This document shows positions 13,386 to 27,185 of a stretch of 64,000 bases of DNA, in pieces. The translations under genes and the position numbers were made by a program. Numbering within the stretch: position 1 is the first letter of the stretch; every line of letters begins with the position of its first letter. Where the stretch lies: NCBI RefSeq assembly GCF_006345805.1, contig NC_043014.1, positions 54,498,001-54,562,000 on the forward strand, written 5' to 3'. The DNA comes from Octopus sinensis (lineage: Eukaryota). The notes below the pieces were generated by a model, which was given only the letters and a program-made list of their open reading frames with translations, did not search any database and was not told the origin of the DNA.

Positions 13386-13690
13386 TCACCGTGACCGACC
13401 AGGCTATCAGATGTTGCTACACATCGCTGGTCAAAATGCGCTTTGCATTGTTTTAGCCTTCAAGTGATGCCACCCCGCTGGCTAAGTGAGCAGGCCAACA
13501 GAAGAAAGAGTGAGAGAAAGTTGTGGCAAAAGAGTACAGCAGGGATCGCCACCAACCCCCTGCCGGAGCATCGTGGAGCTTTTAGGTGTTTTCACTCAAT
13601 AAACACTCACAACGACCGGTCTGGGAATCGAAACCGCGATCCTACAACCGCGAGTCCGCTGCCCTAACCACTGGGCCATTGCGCATCCAC
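13386..13690 (-). mobile_element. tRNA-derived SINE with the family C head and an alternative 3' tail; tail fragment also at 10007-10125
   Basis: The head is the reverse complement of 2948-3130, but the tail (…TAGCCTGGTCGGTCACGGTGATATA) differs from that of the 2948 copy. Confidence 0.8.
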
Positions 13691-13727
13691 ACATACACAC
13701 ACACACACACACCACACACACACACAC

Positions 13728-13765
<38 letters not shown>

Positions 13766-16121
13766 ATACCTGAGTGAAGTATTTACTAGGGTCAATATGA
13801 TTGATTAAAACCCTTGAAAAGTATGCCCCAGCATGGCCACAGTCCAATGACTGAAGCCAAGTAAACAAACAAAAAGGCAAATGAATAAAAAATATATTAG
13901 ATGGATGTGGGTGTGGCTGTGTGGTTAAGACGTTTGCTTTTCAGTCTCTTGGTGTGGGGGTTCAGTCCCACTGCACAGCACTTTAGACAAATGTTTTCTT
14001 CCATAGTTTCAGCTAATCAAAGCCTTGTGAGTGAATTTGAATGATGGAAACTGTATGAAGCCCATCACTTGTATTTATGTGAATGTGAACAAAAGGGCAG
14101 GAGTGGCTGTGTGGTAAGTAGCTTGTTTACCAACCACATGGTTCTGGGTTCAGTCCCACTGCGTGGCACCTTGGGCAAGTGTCTTCTACTATAGCCTCGG
14201 GCCGACCAAAGCCTTGTGAGTGGATTTGGTAGACGGAAACTGAAAGAAGCCTGTCGTATATATGTATATATATATCTATGCATGTGTGTGTTGCTTGACA
14301 ACCGATGCTGGTGTGTTTATGTCCCCGTTACTTAGCGGTTCGGCAAAAGAGACCGATAGAATAAGTACTGGGCTTACAAAAGAATAAGTTCCGGGGTCGA
14401 TTTGCGCGATTAAAGGTGGTGCTCCAGCATGGCCGCAGTCAACTGACTGAAACAAGTAAAAGAGTAAAAGAGTAAAAGGAGTTTGCATAAACTCCATATG
14501 CTGTACCCGATGTAAAACAACAGAAACACGGATTACCTGAGCCAGGTAATCCGAGGATGTAAGGTTTGGATGCGGCAGATGCACTGAGCAGTGGTACATA
14601 TTATGGGTGCAGCAAAAACAGATTCCCTTAAATGTCCAGGTGACTCCCTAGAAGTAGCTTATGTATTTATCTGACTCATACTAGCATAGAAAAATAGATG
14701 TAAAACAGACGAATGAATCGTTTACTCTTTTACTCTTTTACTTGTTTCAGTCATTTGACTGCGGCAATGCTGGAGCACCACCTTTAGTCGAGCAAATCGA
14801 CCCCGGGACTTATTTTTTGTAAGCCCAGTACTTATTGTATCGGTCTCTTTTTGCCGAACCGCTAAGTGACAGGGACGTAAACACACCAGCATCGGTTGTC
14901 AAGCAATGCTAGGGGGACAAACGCAGACACACACACATGCATACATATATATAAATAAATATATACGGCGGGCTTCTTTCAGTTTCCGTCTACCAAATCC
15001 ACTCACAAGGCATTGGTCGGCCCGGGGCTATAGCAGAAGACACTTGCCCAAGATGCCACGCAGTGGGACTGAACCTGCAACCATGCGGTTGGTTAGCAAG
15101 CTACTTACCACACAGCCACTCCTGCGCCACTCCTGTTTGTTCAAAATTAATAATAAAATTAATCGAAAACACTAAAAATTAAAGTGCAAGAACTTATAGT
15201 GCTCTAGCATGGCCACAACCAAGATGGTTCAAAGGAACTACAATAGTAATGAGTATTTTTTTTTTGTGATTGTATTCCAGTCCTTAACTGCCTGGCCTAG
15301 TGGTTAGGGTGTTTGGCTCACAATTGTTAGGTTGTCAGTTCGATTCCTGGTGGTGTGTTGCGTCCTTGAGCAAGACACTTTATTTCACTTTGCTCCAGTC
15401 CACTCAGCTGGCAAAAATGAGTCGTACCTGTATTTTAAAGGGTCACATTCTGTGTTATGCTGAGTCTCTCTGAGAACTACATCAGCAGTACACATGTCTG
15501 TGGAGTACTCAGCCACATGCCATGTTATTTTCACGAACAGGCTGTTCCATTGATCGGATCTGTTGGAACGCTTGTCATTGGAACCAACAGGTTGCCAATT
15601 ATTTAGCAAGAGTAGGAGCAATATCAACTTAAGTTTGGATATTTCCATATGCCACGGGGTAAGAAAAAAAGGGGTACCTAATGTTTTAGGAGTCATCCTT
15701 TTGTTAGAAAGAGAGAGAGAGAGAGGAGAGAGAAGGAGAGAGAGAGAGGGGGAAAGAAGGAAAGAGAAGAGAGAGAATAGAATAATTTTCTCAACTTAAG
15801 ATATTTGTTTAAGATAAATTGCTTCATCTTTGAGAGGTTTTTGGACTCAGTTTTTGGACTTTGCACCTAAAACATAAAAGAACTTATACAAAGAACTTCC
15901 TCCCTGTCCATGAAACTAAATAAGAAATTCTTAATCTTTGTCAACTCACCAGAGTTGTCTATAAAACCAGAGACAAATGCCATTCTTATTCAGTTGGCAT
16001 TGCCGAAAGCAAAGTGATCAACACCAGGTGAGTCATTCTCTCTCTTTCATCTTCTACTTGTTTCAGTCATCAGACTGTGGCCCATGCTGGGGCACTGCCT
16101 AAACAAATTGACCCCAAAATT

Positions 16122-16153
<32 letters not shown>

Positions 16154-16709
16154 ACCAAACTTGGTGTTTATTCGATTAGTCTCTTTTGCTGAACTGCTAA
16201 GTCACTGGGTTGTAAGCACACCCAACACCAGGGGTCGGGTGATAGTGGGGGACAAACACAGACACAAAGATACGCACACACACACACATACAATGGGGTT
16301 TTTTCAGTCCCCCTACCACCACCATACACACCTTAACCCCTCACAAGGCTTTGGTTGGCCTGAGGCTATAGTAGAACACTCACCCAAAGTGCATGCAGTG
16401 GGACTGAACCTGGAACCATGTGGTTGGGAAGCAAACTTCTTACCTCACAGCCACGTCTGTACCTTTGTCTGTGTGCTGAAAACTTTGTCTTTGGTCTTAC
16501 TGGTGATTTGTGATTCTTGCTTCCAAATTTAATTATCTTACGGGCACACACCACTTGCAACAACAACAAAAAAAGAACCCATGTTAATTCGTTAATAGTT
16601 TTTTTGCTTTTCTTTTCTGTGTGCTGGTGATTGTAGTAGCAGTAGTAGTAGTAGCAGCAGCAGCAGTAGTAGTAGTTGTTGTTGTTTAATATGAGGTCAC
16701 CTTGATTAA

Positions 16710-16929
16710 CCCTTTTGTTACCGTATTTCTGTTGAGATGTTTTGTGTTTCTTTCAATTAATTTAAATATAACAAAGAATTTAGTGAATTAACTTCATTAT
16801 CATTAAGCTAGTGTTAGGAACATAAATTGTGACTAAGGTTTGGTGGAAGATTTTAATTCAAAACTTATGGAAACAAGACATTTGTACTCAGAGCCAGAGG
16901 CAGTTTCAGCCGGGTTGGTATCAAAAGGG
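16710..16929 (+). mobile_element. piggyBac-type non-autonomous element (MITE)
   Basis: TTAA|CCCTTTTGTTACC...GGTATCAAAAGGG|TTAA, giving a TTAA TSD and CCC/GGG termini. Other copies at 17028-17222 (truncated), about 40965-41166, 41265-41486, and an old copy at about 43650-43855. Confidence 0.85.
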
Positions 16930-17322
16930 TTAATTTGCAGATTTTGTTTCACATAGTTGTTTGACTTGTTAGAAATAGCAGCCAAATCTTGTGCAAATTG
17001 AAGACACACTTGACTGACTGTCTTTAACCCTTTCATTACCATATTTCTGTTGAGATGCTCTGTGTTTCTTTCAATTACTTTAAATATAGCAAAGAATTTA
17101 GTAAAATAACTTAGTTATCATTCAGCTAGTTTTAGGAACATAAATTGTGACTCAGGTCTGGTGGAAGATTTTAATTCAGAACTTATGAAAACAAGACATT
17201 TGTACTACAGAGCCAGAGGGGGTAAAATAGCTCTGTTAACTAGTAACACTATCTGTGACAATCATGTCTTTGTAGGGATGTCAATGTGTCAATCACTCAG
17301 TCAGTCTGTCTGTCTGTTTCAT

Positions 17323-17356
<34 letters not shown>

Positions 17357-17657
17357 ATATTGAATTCCATTTTTTGTTTTGGTGTTGGAGTGTGAGAAGG
17401 AAATATAAAACAATATAAAATATAAATTCAGATATGAAATAGAAGCATTAAGAACCAGAATATAAAAACAATACAAATAAAACATCTAAACAAAGGCAAA
17501 ACCAACCCCAGAAACCCAACACTCTGTTTTATTGTGTTTATCTAAACATTATCGACCACATTTGCTTGCTGTACATCTGTTGTGCATTTGCCAGTAGGAT
17601 GCCATTTGGTGTGGTGGAGACGACTCTCTCAAAGTGTCGGGTGTTAAGACTCTAGAG

Positions 17658-17858
17658 CAGTGCTTTTCAATCTTTTTGCTGGAGCGGAACCCCAAGGAAA
17701 CATTCCACTGGCTCGAGGAACCCCTGTGCAATAATTTAATAGTCTTATACACACATATCTGCACAGGAGATTTTAGCATTTTTGTAACTTCTTGCGGAAC
17801 CCCTGGACTGTACTGGCGGAACCCTAAGGTTCTGTGGAACCCTGGTTGAAAACCACTG
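17658..17858 (+). mobile_element. hAT (Charlie-like) MITE
   Basis: TIR CAGTGCTTTTCAA / TTGAAAACCACTG, with the 8-bp TSD CTCTAGAG on both sides. Confidence 0.88.
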
Positions 17859-19365
17859 CTCTAGAGAGTCACGGACCAGCAAGATAACTCACCCCCAAGT
17901 CCCATCCAGGATTGACAGAGGACATTGCCATTTTGACATTTACGTGTCTTATCAACAGCATGGACCCCGAACCAAATCGGAAGGGAATCCTAGTGCCGTT
18001 CCATAACTTATCTGCAGACAACAGTGGGGAAACGGTTTGCTGGAGTGCCTGGACAATGCTTATGTAAGGATAAATTCAAATATGAAATAGATGCAACAGT
18101 TGTGCATCATCATCATCACTATCATCATCGTTTAACGTCCGTTTTTCCATGCTGGCATGGGTTGGACGGTTTGACTGGGGTCTGGGAAGCCAGGAGGCTG
18201 CACCAGGAGGCTGCACCAGGAGGCTGCACCAGGCCCCAAACAGAAAAATATAAGTTCAAATAACAAACGCACTGGTTGGGTCTCTCTTTCTTTTACTCTT
18301 TTACTTGTTTCAGTCATTTGACTCTGGCCATGCTGGAGCACCGCTTTTTAATCGAGCAAATCGACCCCGGGACTTATTCTTTTTGTAAGCCCAGTACTTA
18401 TTCTATCGGTCTCTTTTGCCGAACCGCTAAGTAACGGGGACATAAACACACCAGCATCGGTTGTCAAGTGATGATGGGGGGACAAACACAGACGCACAAA
18501 CACATACACACATATATATATATACATATATACGACGGGCTTCTTTCAGTTTCCGTCTACCAAATCCACTCACAAGGCATTGGTCGGCCCGGGGCTATAG
18601 CAGAAGACACTTACCCAAGATGCCACACAGTGGGACTGAACCCGGAACCATGTGGTTGGTTAGCAAGCTACTTACCACACAGCCACTCGTTTCATTTATT
18701 CTTTATTCTTATTTTGCTGGATAGATTAGCTAATTAACTAATTGACTGTGTGATTAACCATTTAGTCAATCAACCAATCAGTGATGTCGGTTTGTCAAAG
18801 TCCTTCCATCACCATTCATGACCTGGCCAATGGCATGCCCCTCCCCACCATGCCTCTACTTCAGCTCTGTCAAATTCTCCTGTTGGTGAATTTCAAAAGA
18901 CTGTTTAGATAAACACAATAAAACAAAGTGTCAGGTTTCTGGGGAGTTTTTGGTTTTATTTTGATGCTTTATTTGTATTGTTTTTATATACTTGTTCTTA
19001 ATATATATATTTTTTAATGTTGGTTGGGGCGGAGAAGGAGGAAGCGGGGGGGGGCGAGAGCGTGAGAGATTAAGTGGAGAGTTTCTAATTATTGTCTTGT
19101 GTACAATGTACATATTGGATATAAAAAAAAATGTCAGTCTAACCTCTTTCCTTATGTTTGTATATGGGTGTGTGTAAATATATATGTGTGTGTTTGAATG
19201 TCTGTGTGTGTGTGTGTGTGTGCGTGTAGGTGGGTAGGTAGGTCGGTTTGTGTTTTTGTATGTTTATGTGTGTGTGTGTGTATTTGTGTCTAGGTAGGTA
19301 TATATTTTTTTAATTTCTTATGCAAACATCAAGCCAGTCACTAGATATCTGAAGTGGTGGGTGTA

Positions 19366-19401
<36 letters not shown>

Positions 19402-19469
19402 ACTTTATGCATGTGTGTGTGTGTGTAGATACCTGCATGTATGCATGTGTATGTGTGAGTGTGTGTACG

Positions 19470-19834
19470 TATGTAGTGGTAGATATCTGTCGGCCTCAAG
19501 AGGCCATGGATCTGTGCCTGAAGAAATTGCATCAACTGCTCTGATGGTGTTGCAACGTATGTTGTGGCTCTACAGATCCAGACTGGATGCATTGCAAGAA
19601 TCTCTCTGCTGGTGCTTCTGGTTTCTCCTTCCGCCAAGTGTGCTTTTTCTTTGGTGCCGAGTTCCTGTTTTTCTTCCTCCCGTTTCATCTCCTTTTGCAA
19701 TATTTGTCTCCAGTGTGGGTGGTCATTTCTGATCTCCTTCCATCTCAGGACGTCCAGACCAGGCGACTTCATATACTTCTTACAGACATCCTTGAAATGA
19801 AGATGAGGGTGTCCTCGTGTTCTTGTGCCGGTGG

Positions 19835-19835
<1 letters not shown>
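19470..19835 (-). mobile_element. RTE (BovB-like) LINE 3' fragment
   Basis: Contains GTRTRGHPHLHFKDVCKKYMK...WKEIRNDHPHWRQ. Confidence 0.7.
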
Positions 19836-19909
<74 letters not shown>

Positions 19910-20732
19910 ATATAAATATATATAGTAATATAAATAATATATATATATATGTGTGCATATATGAATATGTATATGTACACGTTACATCTATATGTATGAA
20001 TATATATATGCATATGTGGGCACAGGACCTCATGAAACATGTACAACAAAAAAAAACGAAGCACATGGAACATGAACTATTCTTTTGAACAACAAAAGAC
20101 ACAGATGGAAAACATAACAAAAAACATAAAGAACGACATTCCATCAGTTGTTGGTTGTTTTTCTAGTCTCATATTTCGAGCATTTAATGACAATATATGC
20201 TTTCGATAAAACAGTTGCTCCTGCAAAGCAAACTAAATAATTTGGGATTTTGCGGAGGGTCAAAATAGTTAACACAAACAGGACAGTGAAAACAAACAGG
20301 AAGGGCTGCTAAGCCTGAATGAGGTTGTGGTGGCAAACATGGGAATCAAGCTAGGACAGGAGACAAACAAGAACATGTCTTCCTTGTTCCAGCTACAATG
20401 GAGAGAAAGAAAGAAAGATGGCCGATGGTCACTTGGGAGCCATGTGAGCAAGGGAGGAGGAGTGAGGGAGAGAGAGTGACAGAGTAATAGGATAGAATAG
20501 TGGGAGAAGAGGAGGTAAAAGAATAAGAGAGAGAAAAACAGAGAATATACATGTGGAGGAAGGGAGAGAGAGAGAGATAGAAAGAGAGAGAGCAGGGCGT
20601 GATTTGAGGGAAACTTAGCTACCTGTTTTAGAAGTTGGATGACAACATAGAGGCTCTGTATTCTTGTTATTTATGTTTATACAAGATTCTGTTAAAGAAA
20701 TTATTTTTCTTAGTCAATATATGCATATGAAT

Positions 20733-20784
<52 letters not shown>

Positions 20785-21179
20785 ATGCGTTCTTGTATGT
20801 GTGTGTTTCTGTTTCACACGTTCCTTTAACAATCAATGATTTAACCAGCCAACCATGAAGTTTCTCTCACCATGTTTATAATAGAATGGCATTTCCTGCC
20901 AATATTTGTTCATGGTAAATTGATAGAATTATAAGAGAGTCAGATGAAATGCTGTATACATATTTAGTTATGGCTCAGTGTGGTCAGTGTTCAAATCCTG
21001 CCAATGTCAACTCGGTCTTCCATTTCTTCTGGGGTCGATAAGATAAAGCACGTATGAACTGCTGTGGTTGATTTATTTGACCGTATCCATCTTTGAAAAT
21101 ATGCAAGCGTGTTGTGATGTAATAAATTGATAATTTCTCCTTGTTGTTGTTTATTCTCAAGGATCTTCGGGTCTGACAA

Positions 21180-21942
21180 ATATCCTTTTCTACTCTAGGC
21201 ACAAGGCCCGAAATTTTTGGGGAGGGGGCTAGTCGATTAGATCGACCCCAGTATGCAACTGGTACTTAATTTATCGACCCCGAAAGGCAAAGTCGACCTC
21301 GGCAGAATTTGAACTCAGAATGTAGCGGCAGACGAAATACCTATTTCTTTACTACCCACTAGGGGCTAAACACAGAGAGGACAAACAAGGACAGACAAAT
21401 GGATTAAGTCGATTATATTGACCCCAGTGCGTAACTGGTACTTATTTAATCGACCCCGAAAGGATGAAAGGCAAAGTCGACCTCGGCAAAATTTGAACTC
21501 AGAATGTAGTGGCAGACGAAATACCTATTTTTTTATTACCCACAAGGGGCTAAACACAGAGGGGACAAACAAGGACAGACAAACGGATTAAGTCGATTAT
21601 ATCGACCCCAGTGCGTAACTGGTACTTATCTAATCGACCCTGAAAGGGTGAAAGGCAAAGTCGACTTCGGCAGTATTTGAACTCAGAACGTAGCGGCAGA
21701 CGAAATACATATTTCTTTACTACCCACAAGGGGCTAAACACAGAGAGGACAAACAAGGACAGACAAATGGATTAAGTCGATTATATCGACCCCAGTGCGT
21801 AACTGGTACTTATTTGATCGACCCCGAAAGGATGAAAAACAAAGTTGACCTCGGCGGAATTTGAACTCAGAATGTAAAGACAGACGAAATACCGCTAAGC
21901 ATTTCGCCTAGCGTGCTAACATTTCTGCCAGCTTGCCGCCTT
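21180..21942 (-). repeat. Family A SINE with about 4 tandem reiterations of its body (about 185 bp each)
   Basis: Repeated CTATTTCTTTACTACCCACAAGGGGCTAAACACAGAG...GACGAAATAC units, with a single head at about 21890-21942. Confidence 0.85.
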
Positions 21943-22403
21943 TCAATTCTGACAAATATCAAAAACCAAAGAGAAGGAAATGGCTTCTTTGTGTTGATGA
22001 GGAGACAAGAGTTTGTTTATCTCAAATTAGGCTGAATATAAAGATTACTCGTTAAAAACAAGCTCATATCTTTCATTAAATCCGTGTACTTTAATCATAT
22101 TGTAAGTTATTTGTGTTATATATTGTATTTAACGCACTGTTAGTCTTTGTTCTTTTTATCTTTAAACGTACTTTTTATCACATAAAATTTGGTGAAGCGC
22201 GAGAAAATTTTCATTCTGAAAATGTGGCCTAGAGAAAAATGGTTTGGGAACCACTGACTTAAAGCAATGAGCTGGCAGAACCATTAGCCGGCAAATTGCA
22301 GAGCAGTATTTCTTCCATTTTAACCTTTCTGAGTTCAAATGCCACCTTTTGGGGGTCAATGAAATAATTACTAGTCGAGCACTGAGGTTGATTTAATAGA
22401 TTA

Positions 22404-22810
22404 GTGGTGAGCTGGCAGAATCGTTAAGCATGTCGGGCGAAATGCGTAGCCGTATTTCGTCTGCCGTTACGTTCTGAGTTCAAATTCCGCCGAGGTCGAC
22501 TTTGCCTTTCATCCTTTCGGGGTCGATTAAATAAGTACCAGTTACACACTGGGGTCGATATAATCGACTTAATCCCTTTGTCTGTCCTTGTTTGTCCCCT
22601 CTATGTTTAGCCCCTTGTGGGTAGTAAAGAAATAGGTATTTCATCTGCCGTTACGTTCTGAGTTCAAATTCCGCCGAGGTCAACTTTGCCTTTCATCCTT
22701 TCGGGGTCGATTAAATAAGTACCAGTTACGCACTGGGGTCGATATAATTGACTTAATCCTTTTGTTTGTCCCCTCTATGTTGAGCCCCTTGTGGGCAATA
22801 AAGAAATAAG
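22404..22810 (+). mobile_element. Family A SINE with two tandem body units, inverted relative to 21180-21942
   Basis: The head GGTGAGCTGGCAGAATCGTTAAGC is followed by two copies of the body. Confidence 0.85.
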
Positions 22811-23510
22811 ATTAGCTCCCTTCTCCAAATTTCAGGCCTTTGTGCCTATAGTAGAAAAGATATAGGTACCAGTCGAAGACTGGGGTTGATGCCATCGACT
22901 TGTTGCCTCTTCCAAAATTGCTGCCCTTGTGGCAAAATTTGAAACCATTATTATTATCAATGAGTGATAGAGCTGTATGCACCAGCAAAATGACGCTGGA
23001 GTACAAATAGATGAAAGCCAATATATTTATCGTGATTATCTGTCTGATAAGGATACACCAGGCACATGTGCCACAACTATGTGTGTGTCATGGTGATCTC
23101 ATATCACGATAAACAGCAGGTGACCTTGTATGTCAAAGATCCCATCCTAGACAAAGAGTCCCTGAATAAGGATTGTTTAAGAATAATTAATGAAACACCC
23201 ATGTTTCCAGAGGTCAATTATTCAAACCCTAAAGAATCCCTCTCAACACATGGCTATGATGCTCCCCTACTACTTCTGCTCACGATCAGAGATGCACATA
23301 TCGTCAGCCACTAAGTGACATGCTCAACTGGTTAAGGTCAAACAACTGACAAGCAAATCTGTGGTATTGAGCCGAATATTTGCTTTTATACCAAAACAAA
23401 ACAATGTACATGATAACACTTCCAATCAGTGAAGACCAGGAGCGTGATACTTCCTGGTATTGCAAGAGAACAACAACAACAACAACAACAACAACAACTA
23501 CTACTACTAC

Positions 23511-23547
<37 letters not shown>

Positions 23548-23649
23548 TGATGACAACTCTCAGCTTATTTTGCTGGGTATGATGGAAAGTGTCAGCTGTC
23601 CACAACCAGCAGACTAAGGTGACACTTGTTTACTGGTCATGCTTCAAGA

Positions 23650-23900
23650 ACCATGCACAGAATTCTTGCAGCCCCAAATAGGATATGGACAGTTCCCATG
23701 AGCATTAGCTTTTGAATTTCTGCCATTTTTGGGTTTCCTGGTATCTGAATTAGGTAGCAACCAGCCCCTTTTGCTAATTATTCCCAGGGCACCTATGACA
23801 ACAGGTAATGTTTTAGTCTTCAGGTTCCACATTTTGCTGATTTCTATTTCAAGATCTTTATATTCGTTCAGTTTCTGGTAGGTCTTGACAGATACTTTTA
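23650..23900 (-). mobile_element. R4/Dong-like LINE RLE endonuclease 3' fragment
   Basis: Contains KLNEYKDLEIEISKMWNLKTKTLPVVIGALG, next to an (ATT)n tract. Confidence 0.7.
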
Positions 23901-26719
23901 TTATTATTATTATTATCATTTATATACACTCAACAGATTAGACTGTTCGGAAATAGAAAGATCCTAACATAGGTCTACAACAAGTAGCCTTAGATGTCAA
24001 GAACCCTTCTATTAGACGTTCAGCATTGTGATGCAATATCTGGCTCTTATTATTATTAAAAAAAAATTTTTTTTTTTTCATCACACATATGTTCAGCATT
24101 CATCATCATCATCATCGTTTAACGTCCGTTTTCCATGCTAGCATGGGTTGGACGGTTCGACCGGGGTCTGGGAAGCCAGGGGCTGCTCCAGGCTCCAGTC
24201 TGATCTGGCAGAGTTTCTACAGCTGGATGCCCTTCCTAATGCCAACCACTCCGCGAGTGTAGTGGGTGCTTTTTACGTGCCACCTGCACAGGTGCCGGGG
24301 GGGGGGGTCCGGCATCGGCCACGATCGGTTGGTGCTTTTAACGTGCCACTGGCACGGAAGCCAGCCAAGGCGGCGCTAGCATCAGCCACATTCGGATGGT
24401 GCTTTTTATGTGCCACCGGCACAGAAGCCAATCGAGGCGGAGCTGGCAACGGCCACGTTCGGATGGTGCTTTTTATGTGCCACCGGCACGGGTATCACAA
24501 CTACTATTTCCATTGATATTTATTTCGGATGTTCATGATCATGTACTTGACTCAACAGGTCTCAAGTACATGAACACGAACATCGAAATAAATATCAATG
24601 GAAATAGTAGTTGTGATGCAATAATATCTCACCACAGTTCTTTACATTTTCTGTTGATTCTTTTTACTTCTTTTTCTTCTCTGTCCCTTCTTGTCATTTC
24701 TTATACAATATAATCCAACCAGGGAACTTATATGGAGTCACGCTCACCTGTTACAAATAACAGCCAAGTCACCTTCAAATTATATTGTTTGAATTTATCA
24801 TTTATGATAAATGATAATAAAAAAAAAAGACACGTCATTTAAGAAATAGATGTTTAGCCAGTGTAAACAGCTGGTCGCTTTAGAGTCTAGAGCAAAGCAG
24901 TGTGTGTGTGTGTGTGTGTCATTGTGTGTGTGTGTGTGTGCATGTGTGTATACTCTCTCTTTACTCTTTTACTTGTTTCAGTCATTTGACTGCGGCCATG
25001 CTGGAGCACCGCCTTTTAGTCGAGCAACTCGACCCCGGGACTTATTCTTTGTAAGCCCAGTACTTATTCTATTGGTCTCTTTTGCCGAACCGCTAAGTGA
25101 CGGGGACGTAAACACACCAGCATCGGTTGTCAAGCAATGCTAGGGGGACAATCACAAACATATACACACACATACATATATAAATATATATATACATATA
25201 TACGATGGGCTTCTTTCAGTTTCCGTCTACCAAATCCACTCACAAGGCATTGGTCGGCCCGGGGCTATAGCAGAAGACACTTGCCCAAGATGCCACGCAG
25301 TGGGACTGAACCCGGAACCATGTGGTTGGTTAGCAAGCTACTTACCACACAGCCACTCCGGCGCCTATTTACATTAATTTGATAAAACAGATGTTCCATT
25401 GATTGGATCAACGGGAACACCTGTCGTAACCAAAAGAATGTGTGTGTGTGTTGCTGGTCTTTATGTTTGTGTTAGGGTTTATGTGTGTGTGTATGCTGGT
25501 GTGTTTGTGTGTGTGCGTGTGTCTGGATATGTGTGTGTTTTTGTTTCTTTGATGATGGTTATGATATGATAGGTTTCCATACAGTTTCCCTCTACCAAAT
25601 TCAGTCTGAAAGCATTGATCAGCCAGGGATTGTGACGAGAGACACTTGCCCAAAGTGCTGCACAATGGAACTGAACTCAGAACCTTGTGGTTGCAAAGTG
25701 AGCACACAGCCTTATTGATTGGATAAGCGACAAAAGCCTCTTTTGTTTCCCTTGACTTCTTGTTTGCAGTGTTTGTGGCACGTCTGAAAGTCAGTTGGAA
25801 TGGTTTTGAAATGTCAGCGAGTTTCCGTTCTTTAAGTTATGATGAACACAAAACACACACTCACAAGATATTAAAGAAGAGAGAGAGAGTGGGGAGAGAG
25901 AGAATGGGAGAGAGAGACAGGAAGAGAAGGAGAGATAGAGAGATAGAGAGAGAGTGGGAGAGAAGGAGAGAGGGAGAGGAGAGAGAGAATGGGGGAGAGA
26001 GACAAGGAGAGATAGAGAGGAGAGATAGATAGAGAGAGAGAGAGACAGAGAGTGTGTGTGTGATAGATAGCAGAATCGGTAGAGCATCACAGACAAATTA
26101 GCTTTTCATGCTTGATTGTTAGATTTCTTGGACATAGTGATGATTACTGAGGCATTGTTTTATGGTTAGGCACCTTTCCCGTCACTAACCCTTGCCTGTT
26201 TCCCAAATAAGGGATCTTTTATTGCACATGTATTTAAAAGCACAAAGCCAGCAGATGTTTTGTTGACAGGGATAATGATAACAATGTCACCACTTGTAGG
26301 TCAGTAATTTACAAAGGAAGCACATTTATAACCCCTACCACCCCCCACACACAAGACAGGATTCTTTTTAGTTTCTGTTTACCAAATCTACTCACAAGGT
26401 TTGGTCAACCTCGGGCTATAGTAGAAGAAATTTTCCCAAGGTACTGTGCAATGGGACTGAACCCTGAACCATGTGGTTGGGAATCAAATTTCTTAACCAC
26501 ACAGCCCTGCTTGTACCTATTTGTATTTGTTACTTACCAATGCTGACCAATCACTAGTTTCTGTGGATTCTACTTCTTTTATTTCGATATATTTTGTTGC
26601 ATCAATTTAAAACTTTACCAGCCATATCTGGCCTCTCATACCTATCCTACAAGGTCATTCTAAAAATAAACAATCACATCATGAAAACCTTGAAACTTAG
26701 AAGATATGTAATTGATTCA

Positions 26720-27185
26720 AAACATTTGATCCTCTTGTCTTGAGACAGCATTCACCCGGGGTGGGTTGAGCTGGCTTCATTCATCCTCAATGCTGCATCT
26801 CTCACAAATGCTGACCAGACCTGGCGATTTGAGGCTAACGACCGCGTGATCTCCAGCCACTCCTTATTCCAGTGGCAAACGCCGTAGATATGGGGGCCTA
26901 GGTTGGGTTCCAGATCAGCCTTGACTGTCATCAGCCAGGTTTTTCGCTGTCCACCACATCATTTTCGCCAACCCTGAAGGGGAGCTGAGGCAATTGCTTC
27001 ATAGACGAATTCTCCAGGTTGGCGACGGAGTGCATGACCCAGCCAACACAGACGTCTCGTTAGGATGACTTGTCGGAGGGAGGTGATTCTGCACTGGTGT
27101 CACACCGAATTGTTGGAGACAAAGTGATGCCATCGGACACGAAGGATGCGGCGTAGACATTTGATAGAATAATGTGAATGAGAAT
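26720..27185 (-). mobile_element. RTE LINE 3' fragment
   Basis: Minus strand gives RRLCWLGHALRR...GWRK*CGGQRKTWL..VKADL. Confidence 0.7.
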
